Shown: positions 54,338-64,000 of the stretch, piece by piece
Layout: each line of letters opens with the position of its first letter
How positions within the stretch are numbered: the stretch's first letter is position 1
Assembly: GCA_964639265.1 (NCBI GenBank)
Contig: CAZXCL010000001.1
Span: forward strand, 47,301-111,300
DNA length: 64,000 bases
Direction: 5' to 3'
Source: an uncultured Gammaproteobacteria bacterium
GTDB lineage: Bacteria > Pseudomonadota > Gammaproteobacteria > Steroidobacterales > JBCCMA01
Notes under the pieces: generated by a model
The model's input: only the letters and a program-made list of their open reading frames with translations
Databases searched by the model: none
What the model was told of the DNA's origin: nothing
Translations under genes and position numbers: made by a program

Positions 54338-57300
54338 CTAGCCGGTAAACGTCCACTCACGCCAGCCCTGTAGCAGCGGAAAGTACAACGCCAGATTGAT
54401 TGGCGCGGTATCGAAGCGCTGCATCACGCGCGCGTACAGCTCGAGCTGCTGTCGATACACATCCAGCTGCGCGTCCATGAAGGCTTCATCCGAACCGACA
54501 TCGTGCTGCGAGGTCTTGTAGTCGACGATCCAGCGCGTGCCGCCCACGTCCACAAAAGTCCGGTCGAGCACTACATTGCGCACGCGACCGTCAACCCAGG
54601 CCGACATAGCCAGTTCTGTTCGAGCTTTCTTGTGCGGACCGAGCAGCCAGCGACCGCGCTGGTCTGACAGGCAACGCCGAATGGCCCGTGCCACCCGTTC
54701 TGACGCCGACTCAAGCTCGTCGTTGCGAACGCCGAGATTCGCGAGCATCCGGGTCGCATAAGGATCAAGGATATCCATCCAGCGACCAATCCACGGATCG
54801 ATGCCCTCGTCTGCAATTTGCTGCAGTATCCGATGCACTGTCGTGCCCACATGGCGTGCACTATCGCCCGCCCAGTCGGCGTCGCGCTGCGCGTCGACCG
54901 GTAGTACCGGCTCGCTGCCCACCCAAGGTTTTGGCTGTGGCGCACGCGGCAGCAGCCACTGCGACGGCACGCGCTGCAGCTCGTGCACGTCGGTCGCGTC
55001 GAGGTCTTCCTCGCTCGGCGCATTCGCAACATCACGGGCGGCCGCACGAAAATCGGCAGCCAGTTCGGGCCACAACATACCGCCAGGTGTGCTCGACGAC
55101 GGGGTTTTTAATTCACCTTCTTTATCGGTGGCTACTGACAGCATCAGATGCAGCGACTCACGGGCGCGCGTGGCGGCCACGTAGAGCAAACGCAACGCTT
55201 CGGCACGATCGCGGGCCGACTGAATCTGCCCCACATATTTGCCAATCGCACCGTCGTTGCCCGCAGCCTGAATCGGTGCAACCAGTCGACGCGCAACGCC
55301 GTCGCGATCGCTGAATTCGACCCACTGCAGGAGCGCGCGCGAGTTGGGCGGGGTTCGGCGCGCCAGCCCCGGAAGAATCACGGTATCAAACTCAAGACCC
55401 TTGGATTTGTGAATCGTCATTATCTGCAGACGCGCATCAATGTCGCTGGTCGCATCCGCATAAAGGCGATCTACGGCCGTGGTCAGCTCGTCGAGGTTAT
55501 CGAGGCCGCCGGCCTGATCCAGCGACTCCAGCAGATCGAAATAGGTTAGCGCGTTGGTCATTTCGTTGGCCGCGGTCAAACAAGCCGGGCCACCCAAAGC
55601 CGTCCAGGTCCCCTCGACCCAGCGCCGCAAATCGCGCCTGCCGCGCGCACCCAGGGCTTGCGCAAGAACCGCCTTGACCCGCGCCAGACGCACCCGGCCG
55701 TCTTCGCTGAGCGGAGCGTGGCGCTCGTCATTAATAACCAGCTCCCAGATCGAAAAACGACCCGACGCGCCGGCCAGAGCATGCAGATCGGCCAACGTGA
55801 GTCCGCACCACGGCGCACGCAGAATCGACAGCCACGCGGAGCGATCACCAAGATGCAACATCGCACGCGTGAGCGCCCACAAGTCAATCACGACCGGCGA
55901 GGTAGACAGCGGCAGGATATCGATCGCATGAAACGGAATGCGCGCCGCTGTCAAAAGCGGCAACACCTCGCGCAAATGGGTGCGGCTGCGCACGAGTATC
56001 GCCACGCTGCTGCTGGTGTCTTTGGCCAGCGCCTCCTGCACGCAGGCCACGACCTGACGCGCCTCGGCGGAACCCTCATCGTCGGCAAACGCGTGGCAGA
56101 CCAGCCCGTCGCCGCCGCTCGGTCGCATGGGCTGCGCCGATGCAAATGGCACGGTACCGTCCGCCGCATCGCCCTGCTCCGGAAACAGCGGTTTGAATAC
56201 GCGGTTACATCGTTCAACCAGATCGCTGCGGGTGCGGAAGTTGGCGCTCAATGACAACGATTGCAGCGTGACGTCACCGATCCCGTGGCGCTGCGCCTGC
56301 AGAAACAAACCAACCTCCGCATCTCGGAAACGGTAAATCGACTGCATCGGATCGCCCACAAGAAACAGCGTTCGTCCGTCGCCAGCACTCCAGCCACTGA
56401 CCAGTCGTTCCAGCATCTCAAACTGTGTGCGCGAGGTGTCCTGAAATTCGTCGACCAGAAGATGTCCGATTCGATAGTCGAGTGCCAGCGCAAGATCGGT
56501 CGGTTCGGTGTCGCTGCCAAGCGCCATCAGTGCACGATGCGCCTGTTCGGTAAAGTCGATCTGCCCGCGTTCCTGAAACAGGACTTTCAGCTCCGCGGCG
56601 GCCATGGGCAATACCGGCTGCAGCTCTTCGAGGATTTGCCAGTCGTTGTTTTGATACTGAACCGGCGGCAGCGCACCGATTTCGCGCAGCGCCGCGCAGA
56701 AAGCCGGCGTCTCGCGCACCCGCGTCAGCAGCTGCAGCGCCTGCTCCTTATGCGCGGAGCGCCGCGCTTTCTCGTCTTTATCGGTGGCAGCGCTGGGCGC
56801 CAGGATGCCATCGCGTGCGCTGAGCTGGCGGCGGACCTCGCCCTTGTCCGTGAGAAAGAAACCGGCAATCGCATACCACAGCGGCTTGTGCTCAACGCGG
56901 GCATCCGGCACCGCATCAAGACCGCGGCACGCAGCAAGCGCATGGTCTTCATCCAGCGTATGTGCCGCCCGATTGAGGACTTCAACAAATGCATCAATTG
57001 CATCGTGCGGCAGCGTTTCCTGCGCGCGTTGCAATGCCTCCACAACGCACAGTTCAAGCGTTGACTCGAGCGCTTCGCGCGTGAGTTCGGGACGCGCGCT
57101 GCCGGTGACCAGCGGCAACCAGCGATCACGGTGGGCCAGCATATCGACCAGCAAACCCTCCACCCGCTCCTGGTGATTGTCCAGATGCTTGAGCAATTCG
57201 CCCAGCGACGCGCCCAGCGCCGAATCATCCTCCAGCGAGGCGAGCAAACGGCGCGCGGCGCGGCGATATAGCGAGGTCGCGTTGGGCAACACCTCATGAC

Positions 57301-57718
57301 TGGCGCCAAAGCGCGACAGAACCGGCATCTGACTGACCAGCGACGCGCAAAAGGCGTCGATGGTCATGATGCGCAGGCGCGCCGGATTGAGCGTCAGAAA
57401 CCACTCGTGCTCGGCGTCATGCGCGAGTACGGCACGCGCGAGCGTCCAGGTGATTTTCTCGTAGTCCGCGGACGGCTCGAGCCCGCTGGCGGCGGCCAGC
57501 GCCTCCAATAGTCGTTCACGCATTTCAGCGGCGGCCTTGCGCGTAAAGGTGATCGCAACGACTTCTTCAGGCTGTTTGACGCGCACCAGTAATGCCAGCA
57601 CACGCTGAATCAGCAGACCGGTCTTGCCCGAGCCTGCGGGAGCCTGCACCACGAAACTACCCTGTGGATTAAGCGCTGCCTGACGCGCCTTGCTGTCGGC
57701 GGGTGTTGCGTTAGTCAT
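54338..57718 (-). CDS. addA: AddA-like UvrD helicase with C-terminal RecB-type nuclease
   Basis: APAGSGKT, LVDEFQDTS, VGDPMQSIYRFR, TIHKSKGLEFD, LYVAATRAR and LDR…IVDYKT motifs. Confidence 0.88.
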   Translation of the reverse strand: MTNATPADSKARQAALNPQGSFVVQAPAGSGKTGLLIQRVLALLVRVKQPEEVVAITFTRKAAAEMRERLLEALAAASGLEPSADYEKITWTLARAVLAHDAEHEWFLTLNPARLRIMTIDAFCASLVSQMPVLSRFGASHEVLPNATSLYRRAARRLLASLEDDSALGASLGELLKHLDNHQERVEGLLVDMLAHRDRWLPLVTGSARPELTREALESTLELCVVEALQRAQETLPHDAIDAFVEVLNRAAHTLDEDHALAACRGLDAVPDARVEHKPLWYAIAGFFLTDKGEVRRQLSARDGILAPSAATDKDEKARRSAHKEQALQLLTRVRETPAFCAALREIGALPPVQYQNNDWQILEELQPVLPMAAAELKVLFQERGQIDFTEQAHRALMALGSDTEPTDLALALDYRIGHLLVDEFQDTSRTQFEMLERLVSGWSAGDGRTLFLVGDPMQSIYRFRDAEVGLFLQAQRHGIGDVTLQSLSLSANFRTRSDLVERCNRVFKPLFPEQGDAADGTVPFASAQPMRPSGGDGLVCHAFADDEGSAEARQVVACVQEALAKDTSSSVAILVRSRTHLREVLPLLTAARIPFHAIDILPLSTSPVVIDLWALTRAMLHLGDRSAWLSILRAPWCGLTLADLHALAGASGRFSIWELVINDERHAPLSEDGRVRLARVKAVLAQALGARGRRDLRRWVEGTWTALGGPACLTAANEMTNALTYFDLLESLDQAGGLDNLDELTTAVDRLYADATSDIDARLQIMTIHKSKGLEFDTVILPGLARRTPPNSRALLQWVEFSDRDGVARRLVAPIQAAGNDGAIGKYVGQIQSARDRAEALRLLYVAATRARESLHLMLSVATDKEGELKTPSSSTPGGMLWPELAADFRAAARDVANAPSEEDLDATDVHELQRVPSQWLLPRAPQPKPWVGSEPVLPVDAQRDADWAGDSARHVGTTVHRILQQIADEGIDPWIGRWMDILDPYATRMLANLGVRNDELESASERVARAIRRCLSDQRGRWLLGPHKKARTELAMSAWVDGRVRNVVLDRTFVDVGGTRWIVDYKTSQHDVGSDEAFMDAQLDVYRQQLELYARVMQRFDTAPINLALYFPLLQGWREWTFTG

Positions 57719-60407
57719 TGCCGTTCACCTGCGAGGTGTTGATACGACACAACGAGGCCAGATGACAGTAATCGCAGGCGCGCTTCTCCGGATCGACCCT
57801 GGCCCGGCCGGCCACGAACTGTTCTCCCAGTTCGTTGAGCTGCGCCCGCCAGTAGTCGAGCAGCCCGTCCCACTCCAACGCAAGCGCACGGGCCGAACGT
57901 TGCTTCCCGATAGCCGAGACCCCGGGGATCTCATTGCCCTCGCGGCTAACGCCTTTGAAACCCGGGTCGCGCGGTTGCACAAACGCGTAGGCCACCGCGT
58001 CTACGGGCTCCTTCTGCACTAGCGCATACAAAGGCAGCTGCGGCTGGGTGGGCCGCTCACCAAACCATTCTCCGACTTCCGCCCGGCCGGTCTTGTAGTC
58101 AATCACGGCTAGATGACCGTTGCTCAACCGATCCACGCGGTCGAGCGTCAGGTTCAGTGTCAGGCCGCCAACGCCAACGCGCTGACGCACTTCGGTGCCG
58201 ATAACTTCGAACGGGGGACGCTGTTTCTCAATGTCCAGCCACTGCGCGGCACGGCTGATCAAGCGCCCCTGCTCGACCGAACGAAACCGGGCCGGCAGTG
58301 GCAGCACGCGCTCGCGATCAAGCTCAGTCAACACCTCGTCGGTAATTTCCCACAATTGCGCCTCAAGGAAATCGCCGTCCGCAAGACGCGGCAACACGTC
58401 GGAGGACTGCAGTCGACGCCACAGTCTTTCCAACACCCCATGCAACAGCGAACCGCGCTCGCGCGGGTCGAGTCCGGGTACCGGTTCTTCCAAAGGCTCG
58501 GCACGCAGGCGAATTTCTGCAAACGCGCGAAACGGGCAGGCGGCCTGCAGGGCCAGCACCCGACTGCCTCCCCGAGTCACTTCCTGTCGCGCCACATCGT
58601 CAAGCGGCGGCGCCTGTTCGTCGATAAACGGCAGCAACTGCCCGCCAAGGTCGAGCGCCTCATGGAACTGCGTGACGTCGGCCAGTCCGAGACTGTCCTC
58701 ACTGACCGTCTCGATATCGCGTAGCAGCGGCGACCACGAGACAGGATGATCGTCATGGGTCAGCGGTGCCGAAACAATGACCTCCGAGGCACAGCGCAAG
58801 AGGCGCGTGGTCATGCGCCGGGCCCGCTCCAGCTCAATTCGGGCGCTGCCCCCTGGCATATCGTTATCGCGCTGCCAGTGGCGCGGCAAAAACGGGTTGG
58901 GTCGCGCGGGCGCCGGCAGACTTCCGGCGTGGGTGCCGCACCACCACAGATAATCAAATTGCAGACCTGTTGCCTGCTCCGGCAGCAAAAGCTGCACGGC
59001 GAGGTCCGGCGTTTGCGGCTGAAACTTGATATTGCTGGCCAGCCGACGCAGTAGCGCCAGCGCCTGACCGAGCCCCATCGGCCCGGTCAGAAAGTCCAGG
59101 CCGCTCATTTCATCGAGCAGCGAGCGCCAGCGCTCAGCGGTTTGATACAGCGCCGAATCCAGCGCCACCTCGCCGGGCCAGCCGCAATCATCGAGCAAGC
59201 CACGAAACAGCGTGGACCACTGCGAGGCGCGAAGCTTGCCGGCCGCCGCAGCGGCGGTTCGCGCCAACGTATCCAGAAGCCCGCCTGTGACCGTTTCATC
59301 AAACGCCAGATCCGACTGCTGCGCGAATCGCTGCAGCAAATCCGGCAATGCGCTGACCGGTGCCACGGCCACGTTATGACGCCGCAGCCAGACCTCAAAA
59401 CGCGAGCGCAGCGGCGCTTCGGTCGCACCCCCACGCAGAAACGGCGAACGCAGCATACTGCTGAGGTCATCAAAGCGCGTCGTCGGTCGCAGCAGTCCAC
59501 ACAGTCGCAACGCCGCTGCAACCAGCGGATTGTGTTCGAAGCGCTCGCCCACGGCCATGTTGTAGGGGCGACCGGCCACATTGCTGCCCGGCAGTGAGGA
59601 ACCGGGCATCAGTACGTCGTCAAAGATGCGTTCGATGCGTTTTCGATCGCGCTGCAGGTCGGGAATCAGAACCGCCGTATTGCCCGGCTGCTCGGAGGCC
59701 AGAATCCGGCGCACGAAACGTGCGGCTGACAGGTATTCATCTGCCGCCGACGCGCAGCGCACACCCACAGGCTGCACCTCGACCCGCGCGCCCTTGTAGC
59801 GGTCCATTTTGGTCCCGAGCGTTTCGAGGGTTTTGAGCAGGATGCGTTGCTGCGGCGTGAAGCCGTCGAAGCCGACCAGCAACAACGACGTCGGCGGCGG
59901 TATGGCGCCGGCGCGCATCGCCGGCGCGATGATGTCGGCCAGGCGCGCGTGGTCGATCAGCGAGAGCTCGCGGCAGCGACTGAAATAGCGTCGCATCCAG
60001 TTGCCAAACGCCGCAACATCCTCGGTTGGGTGACTGGACTTGGCCGGGTCGGGCAATCGATAGGCCTGCACCAGACCCCACGCCGAGGCGGCCTGACGCG
60101 CCGTGCCGGCTACATCATCAAGCAGCGTATCGCCTGCATCGATGATTTTCTCCCACAGCACCTGTTCCTGAAAATGACTCAGCAGCTTGCGCTGGTTGCG
60201 CGGCGCCGAATAGCCCGACCAGGTAATGTCCTGATGAAGTTTAACCAGCCAGTCGTCCCAGCCCATGACCTGAGGCGATTCCCAGGCCTCGGTGCCATCC
60301 TCCTGATTGGCCGCAGCAAAACGGTAGCGAATTTGTCGCGCCTGACGGCGATGTGAGGTAACGACGGTGACGCCGTCCTTCAAGGCGCTGCGCAGCGTGG
60401 CTTCCAT
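57711..60407 (-). CDS. addB: AddB-like inactive helicase scaffold with PD-(D/E)XK nuclease and Fe-S cysteines
   Basis: No Walker A seen; AACPFRAF, LDRVD…IDYKTG, QLPLY and CDYCHLASLC; overlaps the addA start. Confidence 0.85.
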   Translation of the reverse strand: MEATLRSALKDGVTVVTSHRRQARQIRYRFAAANQEDGTEAWESPQVMGWDDWLVKLHQDITWSGYSAPRNQRKLLSHFQEQVLWEKIIDAGDTLLDDVAGTARQAASAWGLVQAYRLPDPAKSSHPTEDVAAFGNWMRRYFSRCRELSLIDHARLADIIAPAMRAGAIPPPTSLLLVGFDGFTPQQRILLKTLETLGTKMDRYKGARVEVQPVGVRCASAADEYLSAARFVRRILASEQPGNTAVLIPDLQRDRKRIERIFDDVLMPGSSLPGSNVAGRPYNMAVGERFEHNPLVAAALRLCGLLRPTTRFDDLSSMLRSPFLRGGATEAPLRSRFEVWLRRHNVAVAPVSALPDLLQRFAQQSDLAFDETVTGGLLDTLARTAAAAAGKLRASQWSTLFRGLLDDCGWPGEVALDSALYQTAERWRSLLDEMSGLDFLTGPMGLGQALALLRRLASNIKFQPQTPDLAVQLLLPEQATGLQFDYLWWCGTHAGSLPAPARPNPFLPRHWQRDNDMPGGSARIELERARRMTTRLLRCASEVIVSAPLTHDDHPVSWSPLLRDIETVSEDSLGLADVTQFHEALDLGGQLLPFIDEQAPPLDDVARQEVTRGGSRVLALQAACPFRAFAEIRLRAEPLEEPVPGLDPRERGSLLHGVLERLWRRLQSSDVLPRLADGDFLEAQLWEITDEVLTELDRERVLPLPARFRSVEQGRLISRAAQWLDIEKQRPPFEVIGTEVRQRVGVGGLTLNLTLDRVDRLSNGHLAVIDYKTGRAEVGEWFGERPTQPQLPLYALVQKEPVDAVAYAFVQPRDPGFKGVSREGNEIPGVSAIGKQRSARALALEWDGLLDYWRAQLNELGEQFVAGRARVDPEKRACDYCHLASLCRINTSQVNGND

Positions 60408-60419
60408 TCCCGTTTGCGC

Positions 60420-61661
60420 CTAGCCCGCCGCCGCCAGCAGGCGTTTCGATGTTTGCTCGAGCTGGGTTTCTATGCGCTCGAAGACATCCCTGAGTGTTTT
60501 GCGGTCGGGCAGCAAGGTGATGCGAAAACGATTGGTCTCGCTGACATTGAAGCTTGTACCCGGGGCGACCAGTACGTGCTGCTGCTCGAGAAGTTCCAGT
60601 GCAAACGCATTGTCGTCAAACCCGGGTAGCCGCTGCGTATCCACCTCGATGAAGGCGTACATTGAGCCACGCGGGACAACCGTGCTCAGAAATGCACTGT
60701 TTTTGGTGGCGTCGATCACGGCCTGCCGCGATTGATACAAGCGCCCCTCAGGCCCCGTGAGTCCGTAAATGCTCTGGTGGCCACCGATTGCGTTTTGCAC
60801 GGCCCACTGCCCGGGCACGTTGGCGCACAGACGCAATGACGCCAGCATTTCCACTGCGTCCAGATAGTCCCCGGCCCGGTCTGTCGCGCCACTGAATGAC
60901 AGCCAGCCAACGCGATAACCGCACGCGCGATAAATCTTGGACAAGCCGCCGTAGGTACCGCACAGCACGCGATCGCTGAGCAACGCCACCGGCACGTGCT
61001 CAGCATCGTCGTAGAGCATCTGATCGTAGATTTCATCCGACAACACAATCAGATCGTGCTGCTCAGCCAGAGCCACCATGTTCTCAAGCGTGGCGCGCGA
61101 ATACACGGCCCCTGTGGGGTTATTCGGGTTGATGATGACCAGCGCACGGGTTTGCGGTGTGATGCGCGCCGCCAGCTCATCAATATCGGGTTCGTACTGA
61201 TTGCGGGCCCGACATGGGTAATGCACGGCTTTGCCGCCGTTGAGCACGACCGCGGCGGTCCACAGCGGATAGTCCGGCGATGGGATCAACACTTCGTCGC
61301 CGCGATTCAAAAATCCGCGCAGCGACAAATCGATCAGCTCGCTGACGCCGTTCCCGATAAACACATCATCGGCCGTGACTCCGGCGATGCCGCGCGACTG
61401 CTGCTGCATAGCCACTGCCTCGCGCGCGGGGAAAATACCGCGCTGATGACAATAGGCCTCACTATTGGCCAGATTTTCGATCATGGCCAGACGCATGGTT
61501 TCCGGCGTGCGAAAACCGAAGCGTCCGGGATTACCGATATTCAAATGCACGATCTCGTAGCCAATCCGCTCGAGCTCGTGCGCGCGCGCGGCCAGCGTGC
61601 CGCGGATCTCGTAGCGCACGCCCTGAAGACGACGACTTGTGGCAATCGACTCGCGATTCAT
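60420..61661 (-). CDS. alaA: Alanine/valine aminotransferase, class I PLP (AlaA/YfbQ-like)
   Basis: LNIGNP, NGVSELI, PDYPLWTAA, INPNNPTGAVY, SDEIY and GLSK..RACGYRVGW motifs. Confidence 0.88.
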   Translation of the reverse strand: MNRESIATSRRLQGVRYEIRGTLAARAHELERIGYEIVHLNIGNPGRFGFRTPETMRLAMIENLANSEAYCHQRGIFPAREAVAMQQQSRGIAGVTADDVFIGNGVSELIDLSLRGFLNRGDEVLIPSPDYPLWTAAVVLNGGKAVHYPCRARNQYEPDIDELAARITPQTRALVIINPNNPTGAVYSRATLENMVALAEQHDLIVLSDEIYDQMLYDDAEHVPVALLSDRVLCGTYGGLSKIYRACGYRVGWLSFSGATDRAGDYLDAVEMLASLRLCANVPGQWAVQNAIGGHQSIYGLTGPEGRLYQSRQAVIDATKNSAFLSTVVPRGSMYAFIEVDTQRLPGFDDNAFALELLEQQHVLVAPGTSFNVSETNRFRITLLPDRKTLRDVFERIETQLEQTSKRLLAAAG

Positions 61662-63241
61662 CGGCGTGCGGCAATCCGCGCGATCAATGCCGCCGTTGAG
61701 GGGTCCTGCGAGGCGCCCTCACCCGCGGCGAGTGCCGGCCCCACCGACTTGGCCAGCGTTTTGCCCAGCTGAACGCCGAACTGATCAAACGCGTTAATGC
61801 CCCAGAAATGGCCCTGACAAAAGATCTTGTGCTCGTAGGCGGCCACCAGCGCGCCAAGCGCGCGCGGCGTCAACTCGTCCACCAGCATGGTGGTGCTGGG
61901 CCGATTGCCCTCGAACACCTTGTGCGGATCGTCCGCCTCCGGATCACCCTGCATAAGCGCAGCGGTTTGCGCCAGACAGTTGGCAAGAAGACCCGCATGA
62001 TGCTCGGCCAGATCGTGATGCGGCCGCACGGCGGCGATGAAGTCGGCCGGCACCCAGTGTGTACCCTGATGCAGCATCTGGAAAAACGCGTGCTGTGCGT
62101 TAGTGCCCACGCCGCCCCACAACACCGGCGCGGTATCGAGCTCGACCCGCGAGCCGTCCTGTTTCACACGTTTGCCATTGCTCTCCATTTCCGCCTGCTG
62201 CAGATACGAGGGCAACAAACCCAGGCGCTCATCATAAGGAAGCACAGCGTGTGTCGGGCGTTGAAACTGGTTGCGATACCACACCCCCAACAACGCCATG
62301 AGCACAGGCACGTTGTCGCGCCATGGCGTAGTCTCGAAATGGCTGTCCATGTCGCGCGCACCGGCCAACAGCTCGTAGAAATTAGCGTTGCCCACGGCCA
62401 GCGCAATGGGCATGCCGATGACCGACCACAGAGAAAAGCGTCCGCCCACCCAATCCCAGAACGTCAGTCGATTTGCTTCATCGATGCCAAATTCAGTGGT
62501 GGCTGCGGGATTGGCCGACAGAGCGATGAAGTGCCTGGCAACGGCCTCCTCGTTGCCGGCCGCATCGACCACCCAGCGTCGAGCCGTGGCGGCATTGGTC
62601 AGCGTTTCCATTGTCGTAAATGACTTCGACGCGACGATAAACACCGTGCGCGACGGCTCCAGCGTCTGCAGCAGCGGCGCCAGATCCGCACCATCGAGGT
62701 TTGCCACGAAGTGCACGCGCAATGCGTCGCCGTGATACGGCTGCAACGCCGCCGTCACCATTCGCGGCCCAAGGTCCGAGCCGCCAATGCCTATATTCAC
62801 GACATCGGTTATGCGTTCACCACCATAGCCGAGCCAGCGACCATCGCGCAGGTCATCGACCAGGCCGGCCATTTTCTGACGCTCGGCGTAGACATCGGGC
62901 ATCACATTGCGGCCATCAACTTCGATGTGTCGCTCCGCTGCTGCGCGCAGTGCGATATGCAGCACGGCACGCCCTTCAGTCTGGTTGATCGGCTGACCAC
63001 TGAACATGGCGTCGCGCGCGGCACCAAGACCAGTCTGTTCGGCGCAGCCACACAGCGCGTCAAGCGCGGCGGTATCGATGCGGTTCTTGGACAGATCGAG
63101 GAACAAACCCGCCCCTTCGCGTGAAAGCTCGTTTACGCGCTCAGGGTTGCTCGCAAACAGATCGGTCAGCCTTGCTGCCGCCAGGCGTTTGTAGTGGGTG
63201 GCAACCTCTGGCCAGGCGGCGGTAGTGTTTATAGCAGTCAT
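61658..63241 (-). CDS. pgi: Glucose-6-phosphate isomerase; start ATG 63241
   Basis: GIGGSDLGP, SKSFTT.ET, WDWVGGRFSLWS, EMESNGK, GTNAQHAF and FDQFGVQLGK motifs. Confidence 0.96.
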   Translation of the reverse strand: MTAINTTAAWPEVATHYKRLAAARLTDLFASNPERVNELSREGAGLFLDLSKNRIDTAALDALCGCAEQTGLGAARDAMFSGQPINQTEGRAVLHIALRAAAERHIEVDGRNVMPDVYAERQKMAGLVDDLRDGRWLGYGGERITDVVNIGIGGSDLGPRMVTAALQPYHGDALRVHFVANLDGADLAPLLQTLEPSRTVFIVASKSFTTMETLTNAATARRWVVDAAGNEEAVARHFIALSANPAATTEFGIDEANRLTFWDWVGGRFSLWSVIGMPIALAVGNANFYELLAGARDMDSHFETTPWRDNVPVLMALLGVWYRNQFQRPTHAVLPYDERLGLLPSYLQQAEMESNGKRVKQDGSRVELDTAPVLWGGVGTNAQHAFFQMLHQGTHWVPADFIAAVRPHHDLAEHHAGLLANCLAQTAALMQGDPEADDPHKVFEGNRPSTTMLVDELTPRALGALVAAYEHKIFCQGHFWGINAFDQFGVQLGKTLAKSVGPALAAGEGASQDPSTAALIARIAARR

Positions 63242-63325
63242 GGACGAACGAGCGACCCCGGTATCGGTGAGAATCCAGCGCCGATGATAGTACGGAATGG
63301 CTCCGCTTTGCCGTAGAATTAGGCC

Positions 63326-63910
63326 ATGAATCGCATCAATCCGCTCCATGAGGTGGACACGGGACCGGCCTGGCTCGAGGCGGTGTGCTCAAACCTCGAT
63401 CAATTCCTCGTGGATCATGCCGCCTGCGAGCGCAAGGCATCGGCGATGGCCGTGTCAATGATTTGTCATTACCCCGACCGTGAAGCCCTGATTGGCCCCA
63501 TGAGCGACCTGGCGGTGGAAGAGATGGCCCACTACCGCGACGTGCTGCGCCTGCTGCGCCAGCGCGGTGCGAAGCTCGGTAAAGATCATAAAGATCCCTA
63601 TGTGAATGATCTGCGTGCGGCAATGCGCCGCGGTCGCAATCCATTTTTTCAGGATCAGCTTCTGGTCGCCGGATTGATTGAAGCACGCGGCGCCGAACGC
63701 TTCGCTCTGCTGGCCGAGGCATTGCCCGACGCGGACCTGCGTCGTTTCTACGGGCGCTTCGCCACCTCTGAGGCGCGTCACTGGCAGCTGTTTCTGAATC
63801 TCGCTGATCAGTATTTTGCGCCGCAAGACAATGCGGTAAGACTGGCCGAGTTAAGCGACGTCGAAGCCGCAATCATCGCGAGGCAGCCGCCGCGCGCCGC
63901 GCTGCATTAG
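63326..63910 (+). CDS. miaE: tRNA ms2io6A37 hydroxylase (MiaE family di-iron protein)
   Basis: DHAACERKAS, LAVEEMAH, DPYV, LIEARGAERF and SEARH motifs. Confidence 0.88.
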   Translation: MNRINPLHEVDTGPAWLEAVCSNLDQFLVDHAACERKASAMAVSMICHYPDREALIGPMSDLAVEEMAHYRDVLRLLRQRGAKLGKDHKDPYVNDLRAAMRRGRNPFFQDQLLVAGLIEARGAERFALLAEALPDADLRRFYGRFATSEARHWQLFLNLADQYFAPQDNAVRLAELSDVEAAIIARQPPRAALH

Positions 63911-64000
63911 TGCCAGCGCGCACACCGACCACACGCTATCTGGAGCGCTACGCTGAGCCGCAGGCTCGGTACGAGTGGCCTTTTGATACGTCGTTCGATC
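63910..64000 (+). CDS. Start of a hypothetical protein (truncated by window edge)
   Basis: The GTG overlaps the miaE stop (TAGTG); the frame is open to the end: VPARTPTTRYLERYAEPQARYEWPFDTSFD. Confidence 0.45.
   Translation, partial: MPARTPTTRYLERYAEPQARYEWPFDTSFD

Noticed and set aside
61760-61800. PGI C-terminal motif reads FDQFGVQLGK rather than the common FDQWGVELGK
   Set aside because: Gln is an accepted variant at this position in the PGI signature, and the catalytic Glu, His and Lys are present, so there is no evidence of inactivation.
1-64000. CRISPR arrays, tRNA/rRNA genes, IS elements, integrases, prophage or anti-phage defence genes
   Set aside because: I saw no regularly spaced repeats, cloverleaf or rRNA signatures, transposase/integrase ORFs or sustained compositional shift. 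The AddB nuclease and EEP protein are best explained as housekeeping genes.

Overview
A gene-dense, GC-rich (roughly 60-65% by eye) chromosomal window from a Gammaproteobacterium. Gene order and protein content suggest a Steroidobacterales/Woeseiaceae- or Xanthomonadales-like organism, but this is inference. From left to right it contains: (1) the flagellar basal-body/hook cluster flgG(partial)-F-E-D-C-B divergent from flgA-M-N, with three sigma54 promoters and one sigma28 promoter; (2) two lipoproteins, trxA, a persulfide-dioxygenase-like MBL protein, an acyltransferase, and a small basic protein coupled to an ABC exporter; (3) a 12 kb minus-strand block comprising a 69-aa ORF, a MacAB-type ABC system, a sigma54 response regulator, an intramembrane-type histidine kinase, a TPR Ser/Thr kinase and a secreted Cys-rich/TSP3-dockerin-like protein, preceded by a readable -24/-12 + IHF-like + palindromic UAS promoter; (4) a GbsR/MarR regulator, an RND pump, msrPQ, an ABC exporter, an EEP hydrolase, fadI/fadJ-like genes, a thioesterase and a tandem cNMP-rhodanese protein; (5) the core string rhombosortase-fabD-fabG-acpP-fabF-pabB-pabC-mltG-tmk-holB-pilZ, divergent from type II secretion genes gspG-N; (6) AddAB-like helicase/nuclease genes, alaA, pgi and miaE. 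I saw no rRNA, tRNA, CRISPR array or mobile element. Many start codons are corrected relative to the ORF track. The most notable items are the sigma54/MacB module with its small leader ORF, the rhombosortase coupled to fabD and facing the T2SS, and the orphan kinase with its secreted dockerin-like partner.
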